A stretch of 63,975 bases of DNA, counting the filler, from Collodictyon triciliatum (Eukaryota), in assembly GCA_043381765.1 (NCBI GenBank). It is 16 parts of 16 records of this genome, joined end to end, with 100 filler letters (N's around TTAATTAATTAA, not from the genome) between each part and the next. Parts side by side here need not be neighbours in the genome. Positions count along the whole stretch, not along the records: positions 24,062 to 27,966 come from JBHJMP010006731.1; positions 28,067 to 31,969 come from JBHJMP010006732.1; positions 32,070 to 35,972 come from JBHJMP010006733.1; positions 36,073 to 39,977 come from JBHJMP010006734.1; positions 40,078 to 43,975 come from JBHJMP010006735.1; 11 more parts are not named here. The stretch is one strand, 5' to 3'. Each line of letters starts with the position of its first letter. The stretch's first letter is position 1. The notes under the pieces were generated by a model, which did not search any database, was not told the DNA's origin, and saw only the letters and a list, made by a program, of their open reading frames with translations. Shown here piece after piece: positions 27,768 through 41,565 of the stretch. The position numbers were made by a program, and so were the translations under genes.

Positions 27768-30700
27768 GTATCAGGCCATTGCTTGTCTTTCTTCTTTCCT
27801 TCCGTACTCTCCTATTATACATTTATTTTCCTCCTGGCTCTCTACAGCCAAATCCAGCGACTGCGTATGTGCTCCAGCCATACATGTCACCCCCTTTTTT
27901 TTTTTTTTTTTTTTTTTGTGGTTTTGTTTTTGCTCTTCAGATTTTTTACGCCTTCGGACCCTTTTTNNNNNNNNNNNNNNNNNNNNNNNNNNNNNNNNNN
28001 NNNNNNNNNNTTAATTAATTAANNNNNNNNNNNNNNNNNNNNNNNNNNNNNNNNNNNNNNNNNNNNTTTAGTGTAGTAATTAATTCAACTATAAATATAT
28101 GTATGTTTTTTTGGAGTCTATTCGACAATTCAAGAGCATTATTCTTGCGGAATCCACTATTGCCTTTGTTGCAGGAGTTGTGCAGTATGCCAGCTATTGC
28201 TTGTAATATGCTGGATGTAAAATGTGAATTGATCAATAAAAACGGTTTCTAAAGTTTAACAATTCAATATAAAAAAAGAACGTAGTAAATATCAAAACAG
28301 TAAATAGAGTAACCGCTTCTTGATCACGCAGATTTCTTCCTCTTCGATGGTTGCAAGTGTTCGAACGAACAATTAATGTTGCGAATTGTCTTATTATTTA
28401 AAAATTATGTCATCTCGCATGTATTAAAAATCGATTCTCCGATAGAATTTGTTATTATAAAATTACATGATTACATTTCCGGTGCCGAATGATCAGCTTC
28501 AGTCGCAGGGATGCAGTCATTACAGATAAACTTTTCCTCCCCTTTTGGCCATAGCTCAACCATTTACTCTATCCTATGGACAGTGAGGGTCATTTAGGTA
28601 TCGCTTATAATAGCATGACTAATAAAAGTACATATTGTCATATATTTTGATACGGCCTGCGATTAATAAAACTAAACAATGGTAATAAAAAGATAATGGT
28701 AGATAACTCATCACTTACCCTTACTCATAGCGATTCCCCGAGCACAATAAACGATGAGTTGCTTAGTCTGTTATCCTGATAGTATGCTCCCAGACATGTT
28801 AAATTGACGGCAGCTTCGCTTGATAAAAAAAAAATTTTGAGGGAAGGCATATAATTATTATATTGATCAGAATATGTTGTATTTTTTCACTAGTACGTAA
28901 ATCCCATAAAAAGCCTGAGTTGAGAAGAGCTAGGCAAAAAGATCAAAATAACTGAAATGATGGCAAGTATGTGGCTAAATGAGATGTACTTGATGTTTGC
29001 ATCTTTGGGAAAATCCGTCCAAGAGAGTGCGATGTGGACAACAGAGTAACTAATGTCTCAGTCGCCGTCATGCCCGTGAAGATTATCTCAAGCTGCACGT
29101 GACGGGATTAGAGTCCAATATACACCATAAATAATAATAAAACTGAAGCTATAGCTATGAAGATAAAATAATAAAGTGAATATGGTGATTTGGGTAGCTC
29201 AGAATGTGTGGATGCATGGCCAAAAATTCTCTGCTACAGGAAGCTCCACAACTTGAATAGTCCCAGTTTCTTCTCGGCTTACAGGTTGCTGTATAAATGG
29301 ACCTGACAAAATTGACACACAAAATAAGAAAACTTGAATTCTTAATCATATGGATACGCAATTGAGTTTTCAATAGTTTTTTTGAGTTGTGGGATGATGA
29401 GTAATGGTAGAACCAGATATTAAACAAGGCAAGGACTAAGCCAAACACATATAGGTTTGTTGGAAGGAATCGTTTTGTGTCCTTGCTTGTATCTTTTATA
29501 GTTTGTATTATTTCCTAGCATCCGATAGACTACCCCTCTCTCGATAAAGTCTTTTGGCTTTTTGAAATAAGATATCAATTTGAAACAAAATATCAAACTT
29601 GCTTAAGGTTTAAACCTTTGCCTTTATAAAAAAAAATAAAGTTATGTTTTCATGTTGGTTTCTTCAGTTTGCTTGGCATATGTTGATATTGTTGTTTGTG
29701 TGGTAAAAAGAATGAGTGTCCAAGCAAAAGGATTCGATAGATCAGTTGTGTTGTGCCAGTCTTTTGCTTTTGTTCTTGACTGTCTGTGTGCTTTCGTTGG
29801 TGGAATTGTGCTTGTTGAGTGATCTGCTATGTGCACAAGTGAGCCGGTTTTTTTTTTAAAGGCTCGGAACAAGGTTTTTTGTGTCGCATATAATGTGTTA
29901 CTTATTTTTATATTGAAGTACAAAGACATAGGTAAATTGTTTTTTCTTGTAAGAAATTTTAGTCGAGCAGAGAAATCCAAAGCAAAAAAACATAAGAAAG
30001 TGATGGACGGAGCGAAGGGGAAAAAATGGGGCTAGTGTCTTGGATATCTGAATAAGCGGGTTAGTGATTGTCTTCAAAGTAAACATAGCTAGGAATATGA
30101 AAATGAATGCAGATATTGCAAGCCATTCCACCTTTTCCATCACACTGTCAATCCTCCATCGATTTTTCATTTTTTTTTTTTAGTAACGGCCTTTGAACAG
30201 AGGGAAATATTACAACTGCACATAATAAGATGTGTCTATGGAAGGTATATTAATCCTGTCACATCAACATGAACATTAACATTCACATTCACATATCAAA
30301 AAACAAAAGCACCAGAATATCGTATTGTATTAATTGAAGAGAAAAGCACATTGTGCACATCAAATGGCCCACATATCGACCTTATCCATTCGGATATCCG
30401 ATGGAAAGGGATGCAGTCCGTGACCTAAAAAACCAGTAAATCAAAGCACTTTGATATATTTCACTGATTGTTGTTGCTCTTGAAAGCACTGCTGGCACAT
30501 ATGCTATTGGAATCCAAAGTCTAGTTTGCTAGCTTCTTCCTTCTTTTCTTTCTTTTCTTCAATAGTTTATTGATCAAACACATCGCCAAATATGAATACT
30601 GTTTCTTTTTTAATGTATGTTTTTTTTGAAAAGGCTGATATTTGATGCGGGGTTAATTGACGCGGGCCTTTCGAGTATCTTTACTTACTTATTTTAATGG

Positions 30701-31494
30701 CTTACAAAACCCAACACAAAGCAAAGGCTTATGCTATAACCTTGCTTTTTTTTTACTTTACAAAGGTATACATGATATTATTGGATATTCTGTAAAAATA
30801 AGAACTTATTAGATCACTGCTACGAATTTTTTTTTTGTAAGTTACTGATCTCACACTGTCGTTGAGGTCTATGTGGCACATTAATTTTTTCCGTTTATAT
30901 TTTGTTAAAAGAAAGTGTTTTATTATGATTCTACAGCCCGCCATAGTTGTTGCACCTTGGTTGAAAGCACGAGCGCGTTTTGGATTCACATGCAGGTCGG
31001 TGTAATATAGAAACAAAAATTAAGACTCATCTAAATATATCTATGTGGGTCGAGCTTCATACAATCCTTAAAAACTGTAAATACCAAGGGCCCTGACCTA
31101 AATTCAATCCGAGGCCTAACTTCCGGCAAAGTCCAAGTGTCGCGACTGATTTAAATCAGACAATGAATGGGTAACCAGTAGACGCAACATGTGAAAGTCG
31201 CTAATTTTATCTAAAAAAAAGAACTTTCCATTTGGATATAATGCTGTATTTGATTTTTTTGTATTATTGTTTGATTTTGAATGCCTTTTGCCCGTGCTAA
31301 ATATATGTATATGAACTATGCTGACGCACTACAACTCAGTTCCTGAGTAACCTCATTCCACCATTTGATGCAAAGCTCTGTTTAAGTGCATCGTTCAAAG
31401 AATCTATCGCGTTCGATTAATTTATTTGATCCACGAAGCCGAAGTCAAAGCCAATGTACTTTGCTAATAAACCCATCTTACTGGGCCATTCTTT

Positions 31495-31969
31495 GCTATT
31501 TTTATTTTGTTTATTTTTATTTGCGTGTGGACATGAAGTTCCTGTCTCCAAGGTGCCAGCCTTCTTTGGCATGGACGCTATTTGGTGGCCGGTTGGCGGA
31601 GAAGTAGTCGGTAATCAGGAATTGCATCCTGCGGTTTGGCCTGTAACCTGGGTTTTGTGCTTCCATGAGGAGATACAAGACGAGGTTTAATATCTTTCTC
31701 AGCTTCTTTCCACGTGTCTCTTCTCACAGGGTCTGAGTAGTAGAGAACGTGCAGGTGGTGAAGAAAGCTGTTGAGGAAAGAGATTTGTATGATGTCATTC
31801 AGCCTGTTATTAGGAATGGGTGGCTGGTTGTTGAATCTTACTTTGCGTGATTATATGCATGCTATCCACATAGTCCATAGCAAATGGCCTCACATTACTG
31901 CCCAGAAATGTTTTTGCATCTGGATGCAGCTGTTGCAGAGGCCCAAATATCGCCTGGATTGGGCCAACA
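31495..31969 (-). mobile_element. LINE family A 3' end (degenerate ORF2 C-terminus plus A-rich tail)
   Basis: Minus-strand HFWAVM*GHLLWTMWIA motif typical of L1/Tx1 ORF2 ends; shares CAGGATGCAATTCCTGAT...CTACTTCTCCGCCA with 44763-44932; A-rich tail. Confidence 0.75.
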
Positions 31970-32180
31970 NNNNNNNNNNNNNNNNNNNNNNNNNNNNNNN
32001 NNNNNNNNNNNNNTTAATTAATTAANNNNNNNNNNNNNNNNNNNNNNNNNNNNNNNNNNNNNNNNNNNNTTTTTTTTTTTTTTGTTTTTTGTTTTTTGTT
32101 TTTTGTTTTTTGTTTTTTGTTTTTTGTTTTTTGTTTTTTGTTTTTGTTTTGTTTTTGTTTTTCAACTTATATTCTGCGCA

Positions 32181-32506
32181 GCGCATTCCTATGTATATGA
32201 TGGGATTGAAGACGAGGGCGATGGAAGGCCAAGTCGAGGGAGGTCACAGCAGGAACGGCAGGATATCAACCGGTCACATCAACAAGATACCCATCCGACA
32301 TCGCCATCCTACGTGTTTCAACTCAAGAGGTCATCCGAAAACCAACATCCGTCGGTAATTCAAAAGCATAGTCAACATCCTCAAAAACAAGCTGTGGATA
32401 TCCCCATCGCTGGACATCAATATACACGCAGCAACCAAGTTAGACACAACGTTCCTCTGCCTATGGCGCATGGCACCGCTCAGAAATCACGTTCGTTTTC
32501 GGTTTA
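32181..32506 (+). CDS. Probable exon of an unidentified low-complexity protein
   Basis: Higher-GC open frame after a T-rich tract and CAG: AHSYVYDGIEDEGDGRPSRGRSQQ... Confidence 0.35.
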
Positions 32507-33666
32507 CTTGTTTCGCGTAATTTTTTGATTATGTTTTCGTGTTACCTTCTCATGACAAACTAGCCATCATATCCAGAGACCGACTAATGTATGCTCTTAA
32601 ATTAATTTTTTAAAAATTGGCACACTTACTGCGGTCGCTTTTTTCAGTGGACCCGCTTCTATTTTCTTCACTAGAGCAGAAATACCGAGTTTGTTGATTT
32701 TTTTGATTGACTACAATATATTTCCACAATTAATTGCCAATGCCTTTCAAGGGGAGAAAATAAAAACAAGACAGCTCCAAGCATCACAAACCTCGTCACA
32801 TTTTAACTCATAGCCGAACATCTTCTCTGACAAAATATAAGACTGTAAACTCCTACATATTATAGAGTCGTTCCAAGAAAGTCTAGTTGGTTTTGAAGCC
32901 GCCTGGACTTCTTACTCGGGAGCATCCTTGGCTACATTTGCAATCTTTCTGCTATCATATCAATAAATAAATATAAGAATAACCGTCCTTTGATTATTTG
33001 GCTTTTTGGTTTTTATTAAAGATTTCTTTTAACAAGATGTTATTATTTATCAATCACGGAATCAGGCAGGTTCTCCGGATTCTGCCGATTTTCACGAAAT
33101 GAAGATGATGCTGCTTGGACATTTTTTCAATCGAGCTTATATCGTTTAAAAAGTAGTTTAACCCTGAAAGTTGTAGCGTTGGGAAATGTAAGGACAAGGC
33201 TTACTATCGTTCAGTAAAGTTTTTTTTTTTTTTGTTTTCTTTTGTTTTTGGGCCCTGTGTCACTAATTTTTAAAATAATTGTCACAAGTAAACGGATTTA
33301 AGCGTCTAAATCTTCGCTCGGATGAGGGTGCACTCACAGCATTTCTAATATGCAAAACAACTTTTCCACAGAAATTGGTCCGTTTGATAAAATTGCTGTG
33401 GTATTAATTCTATGTTGAAGGAATCTTTTCGGTGACTTCGCAATGGTATATTTTATCGTACTGCTTTGCCTATGAAGCAGACTATCCTTTCTTACATATT
33501 CATCGCGTATAAGAAATCTGCGGTCACAAAGGATACGTTGGACTGCAACAATCGCACGAAAAAAAAAAATGTACAAGCAAAATTTTGAACTGCAAAGACT
33601 GTTTAACTGATCGGTTCTTGATTTTATATCTTTCCTTTTGTTTAAGGGGATGATGTGATGAAGCAT

Positions 33667-35530
33667 TCAATAAATCTCGACACAGTCCTTTGATCGATTC
33701 ACCAAGTAAAATTGACCCGTGCTGCTGTAGGCAACTCCGACTGGTGAAGAGATCTTCAGCGCGTTCAAATACGTTCCATCGTAACCGCAGAAAGTCACAG
33801 TGTCATTTCCGTAGTCACTTAGAATAAATCCACAATTCGGACCTCGCCCAAGATATACCTCGCCCTCAATGTTGATAGGAATGGAATCTTTGAGGACCCC
33901 GTCTCTGGTTATTACATGGACATGGGTACCCGACACACAAGCAACCAAGAGCTCATTTCGGTCGTTGACTGTGATTCCCTGAACATGATCCAGACTCTCC
34001 GGTATATCAGACGTCGATCCTTTGAAGGTGGCTAACAAGTCCCCATCCCCAGAGAATTTATAAATGCAAAGGGCATCCTCATCTGTGACATAAAACATTC
34101 CGATTGTATCGAAGGCGACATACTGCGGTTTGATAAGTGGAAGTTTGGGGGGATCCGGGATAATATATTTTAAGCGGATATGATTTTCGCTCCAGATACC
34201 AATCAAAGGATTAGATTTACAAACAACCACGATGCGATCCCCTCTGAGGGATATTGCCACGCCAGTGGCCCTACATTCTGACACACCGGGGTATTTAAGA
34301 TCTAGCGTGCCATGGAACTCGAGCGATGGGGAGAAAATCTGGACTCTATCATTGTTGTAATCTGCTATGTATACCATATTTGTGCGGGGGTGGATGGCAA
34401 TCCCCTCGGGGCTCATGAAAAAGCCAGGTTTCCTTCCATAAGAACCGACTGTTAGGATTGGCTCTCGAATATCACTAACCGGTCGAGTGATTTTCTCAAA
34501 GCCCGTATAGATGCACTTTTCTGCTAGAAATGATGCGTCTTGCGATGTACATTCAGACATCCATGCCGGGATTAATGCGACAGAATCCACCGTGATGTAG
34601 TCTGGTGAATTCAACATCGATGCCTCTGCAGAAGCAGTTTGGAAAATATCGAAAAGAGACAAAATTTGGTGATGTTTTTGCAAGCTCAAAGCAAGATAAT
34701 TACTTGATGCAGCTTCGGTAGGTACGCGCGAGAGTGTCTTAGAAAGGCCACCAAGAGATCTTTTGTGGAAACGGAGCAGAGTGGACACTTGACCTTCTAT
34801 GACTGTGGCCGATTTGATCGAGCGCATTCGAATACTTCTGATCTGCTTGGCTTCTACGATTAGCAGCAGAAAAGGTATTGCAGTTTGTTTGATGATTTTT
34901 TTCCTTCTTACTTTCCCATATCGAAAGATGTGGTAATTAAAAATAGGTCCTCTACGCTAAAATTCGGTTTGTATCTATTGTATAGAAACGAATACCCCTT
35001 CTAGTATACAAAATAGAATTTGACCTGCGCAATGAAAGCTGTCTCATATTCTCCTAGAGATAGAAAAATCTCTTCGAATGCTCTGGAAATCGATTTGTCA
35101 GTCTCTTCAAAGTATTCGCACACCTAGAGTGTGTGTTTCCTTAGCTTGGTTGATGAACGAAACAAAATAAAACGTGCACAATATGGGCTGACACTTTCAA
35201 AACAAGACTGTGCTTACGTCATGATGATAGATGATGGATGATAGATGATGGATGGTAGAAGATGGATGATGGATGGTAGATGATGGATGATGGATGGTAG
35301 ATGGTAGATGGTAGATGGTAGATGATAGATGGTAGATGATAGATGATAGATGATAGATGATGGATGATAGATGATGGATGATAGATGATAGATGATAGGT
35401 CATAGGTCATAGGTCATAGATCATCAAAAATACAAAATAGGTGTAATCAAAACAATACCGACTCAATGCCAACGTCATGTAAAGCAACAGCCTCCTTTGC
35501 TTGAAATCTTTCAGCAACAGAAAATTCCAT
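33667..35530 (-). CDS. Coiled-coil plus NHL-repeat beta-propeller protein (TRIM-NHL-like C-terminal part)
   Basis: GSYGRKPGFFMSPEGIAIHP...YIADYNNDRVQIF and PQYVAFD...YVTD NHL repeats; upstream helical exons near 35024-35125 and 35459-35530. Confidence 0.85.
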
Positions 35531-36260
35531 CTAGTGTAGTATTGTCGATTTAATACGGCAGGTGTTCTTTCGACCCGAAGCTATGGAGCTCATAAAATGA
35601 AAACTGCGAAAAAAAGGCTGGAAGGGGCTGTCCTATACCTTGGCATTTTTTTTGTTAAGCTGGACTATGAAAATAGGAATTGCCCTTCGTTATTGAAACT
35701 TTTTTTTTTTTTTTTTTAGAAATGAAAAAACTTGTATTTTGGCAAAACTCACACATCAGGATGATGGAACAATTTTGCGTGTCCGATCAGCCTTTGGCGC
35801 TTTTTTTTCTTTTTCTTTTTCTTTTTCTTTTTTGTTCCTGTTTCTGTTTTGTTCCTTTTTTGTTTTTTATTTTTATTTCTATTTCTATTTCTATTTATAT
35901 TTATATTTATATTTATATTTATATTTATATTTATATTTATATTTATATTTATATTTATATTTATATTTATATNNNNNNNNNNNNNNNNNNNNNNNNNNNN
36001 NNNNNNNNNNNNNNNNTTAATTAATTAANNNNNNNNNNNNNNNNNNNNNNNNNNNNNNNNNNNNNNNNNNNNAAAAAAAAAAAAAAAAAAAAAAAAAACA
36101 AAAAAAACAAACAAACAAAAAAACAAAACAAAACAAAACAAAAAAAAAAAAAAAAAAACAAAACAAAACAAGCATACTTTTATCAAATATTTATATATCA
36201 TAATTTAGAAAACGACGATTTCTTCTATTACCTCCAAAAAATTAATCTCAATTGCTACAG

Positions 36261-37334
36261 GAAAAGTGGACTCGTACCTTGAAAGAAACAGCAGCCTTAT
36301 CGGTGCAGAGAATGTGGAGATTACGTAAAGCGAAAGGCCCATCATTCTTTCTTCGACAGAAGGTATACCGCATCGTTCTGGGGGGCCGAATCAATAACCC
36401 ATGACATTTCTATTTCATTTAAACATCGCTGATATTTCGACGGAGAAGGATATGATAATTATTTTTTTTTATTTAGAGTGTATAAATCATATCAATCAAA
36501 TAGGCTACGAGTGCCTTACACGACTGGAAGGAAGCCAGACGCTCTTATGCTGCTTTTCTTGACAAAAATGACGTCAAAGTCCAGGTTTGCATATCATCAC
36601 ACTTACCTTTGTCCTTTTGTTTCATATTCTCACATGTAATGCGGCGGTTCATGCCTACACATCCTTTACCTTTATGACTTCCCTTCTCTTTCCCTTCCCT
36701 ATCATATCCCTTCTATATTGTATCCTCCCTTTCTTCTCCATCTCAGTCAATATCCGGGCCCCGCCTTCCTCCTTTGATATCCGGCGCTTTCAGATTTTAA
36801 ACATAATGCAATAGCTTCAACCGCTCGTCGAGCAGCTGGTGGGCGATTTCCAGCTACTCTCGGCAAAGATGGAAGTGATGGAGGCACAGATGAACCGCGT
36901 ATTTTTTTTTTAACTTTTCTTACACCCATCCGATTTTTCATATAAATATCGGTTATGTTACTTTCCACTATTTTTTTGTTTCCTTTTCAATATACTTAAT
37001 ATCTATTGATCTGTTCCATCTATTGAAAAATATCCACATCATCACATCATCACATCATCACATCATCACATCATCACATCATCACATCATCACATCATCA
37101 CATCATCACCACGATGCATAGATGGAGTCTGTCCTCAGCAAACTCGAGAATGTGGTTCCGCCTTCGGCCCAGCGGCAGCTGAATGTAGAGGGAGGCGAAG
37201 GTGAACACGGAGCCGGCCTGGAAGACCACGAATCGCTCGGCAGCTCCAAAGAACAGCCAGATGTCGCATCCACAAGCAAGTCTACCGCTGTCCATAGGAG
37301 ACGAAGCAATATGGTGCGGTGACTCGTCTGCAAC

Positions 37335-37365
<31 letters not shown>

Positions 37366-37675
37366 ACAAAAACAAAAAAAAAAACAAAAACAAAAACAAA
37401 AACAAAAACAAAAACAAAAACAAAAACAAAAACAAAAACAAAAACAAAAAAAAAAAACAAAAAAAAAAGACAAAAAAAAAAGACAAAAAAAAGACAAAAA
37501 AAGACAAAAAAAGACAAAAAAAGACAAAAAAGACAAAAAAAGACAAGAAAGACAAAAAAGACAAGAAAGACAAAAAAGACAAAACAAAAAACCGTCTTAG
37601 TAACTTATTCTTTCGATCGACTTGAATGGTTGTGCACTCGCCAATAGGTTCGACCGAAGAAGCTCACTGCAATAA
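36261..37675 (+). CDS. C-terminus resembling a small-conductance Ca2+-activated K+ channel (calmodulin-binding helices plus coiled coil); 5' truncated
   Basis: Exons EKWTRTLKETAALSVQRMWRLRK...FLRQK|ATSALHDWKEARR...|LQPLVEQLVGDFQLLSAKMEVMEAQMNR|MESVLSKLE resemble the SK CaMBD layout; the pore region is not in the window. Confidence 0.5.
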
Positions 37676-38429
37676 CAAACAAGGTTCATCCGGCCCCACC
37701 ATCTTTCGGTAATCCACCAACTGATGCAGCAGCCAACATGCTGAGAGAGCACCGTTCTTATGATTGAAATAGTGCACGACAAGCTTTTGTTCTCTACATC
37801 TGTTTATTGTTGATGCCTTTTTTCTTCCTTTTTTTTTCTTCTTAGTATACATTTTAAAATCGACACCACGTTGACTTTGGCTTTGTATCTGACGGCGATT
37901 TGATGGGTTCTTAGTCTCTGCCCAGAAGGACTCGTGATGCGGAAGTCCTTTGCATCGGCATCACACTAACTCTCCTTCTCCCTTCCATTGATTGTAAAGA
38001 AATTGATACACACCACTTTCTGCCTTTTTATTTTTATTCGCTCTCCTCCAACCATAGTGATGTTCTACAAATACATCACAAACACGATAATCCACGCCTA
38101 TGATTATATTTTTCTTTCTCTCGTGGACGGGCCCGACACACCTCCACCATCTTTCTCCTTTCTTGATTTTTTTTTGAATAATAACGAAAATTATAATTAT
38201 TCCTTACTCAAACTGAAGAGCAGTATAGTCACCCAAAGATACATGCAACTCTTTGAAGTAAAACACCAATAAACGAAGAAGAAGAAAAAAAAAAGAAAAA
38301 GAAAAGAAAAAGGAAACAAACACGACGCAGAATAGAATCGAACACCAAGGTAATGCTGACTGCCACAAAAGAATTTCTAGACGATGCAGTCGAATCTTTT
38401 CGTTTATGCGATGCCAGTAATTAAAGACA

Positions 38430-38574
38430 CTACTTGTCTTTTCCTCGCTTGGCAAGAAGCTCGTATCGCGCAACGTTCTTCGCATACAGGTTGCGGAGCG
38501 GACGCAGTTTCAATGTTTGAATGCAACTATGTAAGAAAATGAAGCAGGAAAGATGCCGATTTACTACTTTACCC

Positions 38575-38623
<49 letters not shown>

Positions 38624-38993
38624 GGATGATGATTGCAAGAATAAATTCTGAAAAATTAGTCACATGTCTGGAATTTTGACGATATGGATTTTTTGTGTAA
38701 AATATATAACACAGACGACAGCACTTCCAAGGGATACACCACATATATATATATTTTATTATTATCATTATTTTTTATGTAGAAGATAATAGAAAAGAAG
38801 GAGAACCTGTGGTAACGCACGGGATCTTCTCGCTCGAGATAGCGCAATAGACGACGGCGACGGCCAATCATAAGCATCATTCCACGGCGTGTGCTGAAAT
38901 CCTTTTTGTGCTCGTTCAAATGTTTTGTGATGGCAGCAATACGAGCAGTGTAAATCGCAACTATAAAAATTAACTTATTAACATGCTTTTGTC

Positions 38994-39090
<97 letters not shown>

Positions 39091-39838
39091 ATATCTTTCT
39101 TTCTCCCTCTTCTATATAACAATAAAACACGTTTCAAACGGCTGGTACAGACTTTATCAAATGCAGACACAATGCAGGCCATAGACCGAGTGTTTGGATA
39201 GGGGTAACTTAAAAAAAAGAAGAAGAAAGAAATGGAGCGATATTCAACCTTGCACTTCCGTGCGTCCTGTATCTTGTTCGTTCGTCCCAAACTTTGTGAG
39301 AGCCTCCTTGACAATCTTGCGCTTGGGGAGATTCTCTCGCTCCTGTTTGCGACGAGCAAATAATAAGCATTATCACGAGGGTAGATGAGAAAGCAAAGCA
39401 ATCTGGTTATACACACTTTCGCACTATCAACTACATAAATTTAAAACCTGTACCATGACAATCCTATTAAGATAAATGAAGCGTATGACAAACCTTAAAG
39501 ATCGGCCAGAATTCCTTTGGAATACCAGATTGCTCCAACTCCTCATCTTTGAATCCTTGCATCAAGGCAAGACGCATTCTACAAGCAAAGAACACGCCAT
39601 ATTATTGGCTTCTTTTACTTAACACCCGATGATTTTTCTTTCTATGATTCTCATTATTTATAAGAAGTATAAATATGTATATATATATGCTTTAGACGTG
39701 CCTATAGCCAGTCACTTTCACTGTTGGCCACGGAACGCGTTCCTCTTCGTATGGGTTCACAAAGCCCGGCGCATAATCGAGCGGGTGTGTATTGAAGCTC
39801 GTGTATCCAGAAGGCGGAGGCGGGAGTTTAGATGAGCC
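38430..39838 (-). CDS. MRPS15: Mitochondrial ribosomal protein uS15m (5' truncated)
   Basis: [58 protein letters not shown], with an N-terminal extension. Confidence 0.92.
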
Positions 39839-40412
39839 TGAGAAGAGCGTAGTTACAATAGCAGGGGGCCAAGAGGAAAGAGAGATAAATAATGGGCAGA
39901 ACAGAAGAAAAGAAATAGCTAGACAAAAAAAAAAAAAAAAAAAAAAGGGAAAAAAGGGGGAAAAAAGAGGGAGAAAANNNNNNNNNNNNNNNNNNNNNNN
40001 NNNNNNNNNNNNNNNNNNNNNTTAATTAATTAANNNNNNNNNNNNNNNNNNNNNNNNNNNNNNNNNNNNNNNNNNNNTTCTTTTCTTTTCTATTCTTTTC
40101 TATTCTTTTCTATTCTTTTCTATTCTTTTCTATTCTTTTCTATTCTTTTCTATTCTTTTCTATTCTTTTCTTTTCTTTTCTTTTCTGTTTGTTCACTTTT
40201 GTATTTACAAAATTATTTTTAATTATTTACGTGCTAATAAAACTAGAATGTACGAATAATGTATCATATTATTCTATTTTATTTTAATGGGCAACTTTTT
40301 CTACTTACTATCATATATTTATTTATTCGCGTATTTACATGCATGCTATCTCTATTGACCAATCATGTCGCGAAGAATCTGCAGACACATTCAACTCATC
40401 CAATTAACGTAG

Positions 40413-40808
40413 CCAAAACCACCTCAACCTTGTCGTTGTAAATCAAGAAATCCTCTTCTTCAACGAACGCGACGGCCCTTACTTCCCAACTCTCCGTCTC
40501 TTGCATAAGTGTATGAACCAACCCTGAATTCAATTATGACGACCAATTTCAAGAGTCATATAAACCGGCGCAATTTTCATTCACAATCATAATTTTTTTT
40601 TGTTATCATTACTTGTGATAACAATGTACTATTTCTTTTAATACAAGCTATATGCATATCTAGTCGCATACGCAAGGCACTCATAAAAAAAAACTTACTC
40701 CCAACCCATTCTCATCTTCTCTACACACACAGACCCACACATGCTTCCACACATGCGAGTGGACCGTGGCGCAATAAAGTTTGTTATGTCGGGAGCAAAC
40801 ATCATGTG
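40413..40808 (+). CDS. MCTS1: MCT-1/Tma20 translation reinitiation factor, two internal exons
   Basis: [57 protein letters not shown]. Confidence 0.95.
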
Positions 40809-41565
40809 NNNNNNNNNNNNNNNNNNNNNNNNNNNNNNNNNNNNNNNNNNNNNNNNNNNNNNNNNNNNNNNNNNNNNNNNNNNNNNNNNNNNNNNNNNNN
40901 NNNNNNNNNNNNNNNNNNNNNNNNNNNNNNNNNNNNNNNNNNNNNNNNNNNNNNNNNNNNNNNNNNNNNNNNNNNNNNNNNNNNNNNNNNNNNNNNNNNN
41001 NNNNNNNNNNNNNNNNNNNNNNNNNNNNNNNNNNNNNNNNNNNNNNNNNNNNNNNNNNNNNNNNNNNNNNNNNNNNNNNNNNNNNNNNNNNNNNNNNNNN
41101 NNNNNNNNNNNNNNNNNNNNNNNNNNNNNNNNNNNNNNNNNNNNNNNNNNNNNNNNNNNNNNNNNNNNNNNNNNNNNNNNNNNNNNNNNNNNNNNNNNNN
41201 NNNNNNNNNNNNNNNNNNNNNNNNNNNNNNNNNNNNNNNNNNNNNNNNNNNNNNNNNNNNNNNNNNNNNNNNNNNNNNNNNNNNNNNNNNNNNNNNNNNN
41301 NNNNNNNNNNNNNNNNNNNNNNNNNNNNNNNNNNNNNNNNNNNNNNNNNNNNNNNNNNNNNNNNNNNNNNNNNNNNNNNNNNNNNNNNNNNNNNNNNNNN
41401 NNNNNNNNNNNNNNNNNNNNNNNNNNNNNNNNNNNNNNNNNNNNNNNNNNNNNNNNNNNNNNNNNNNNNNNNNNNNNNNNNNNNNNNNNNNNNNNNNNNN
41501 NNNNNNNNNNNNNNNNNNNNNNNNNNNNNNNNNNNNNNNNNNNNNNNNNNNNNNNNNNNNNNNNN

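Noticed and set aside
28870-29310. Possible membrane-protein pseudogene on the minus strand
   Set aside because: Needs a frameshift and two stops, and has no recognisable family motif.
30384-30404. Small hairpin TCCATTCGGATATCCGATGGA
   Set aside because: Single short imperfect copy; plausible by chance.
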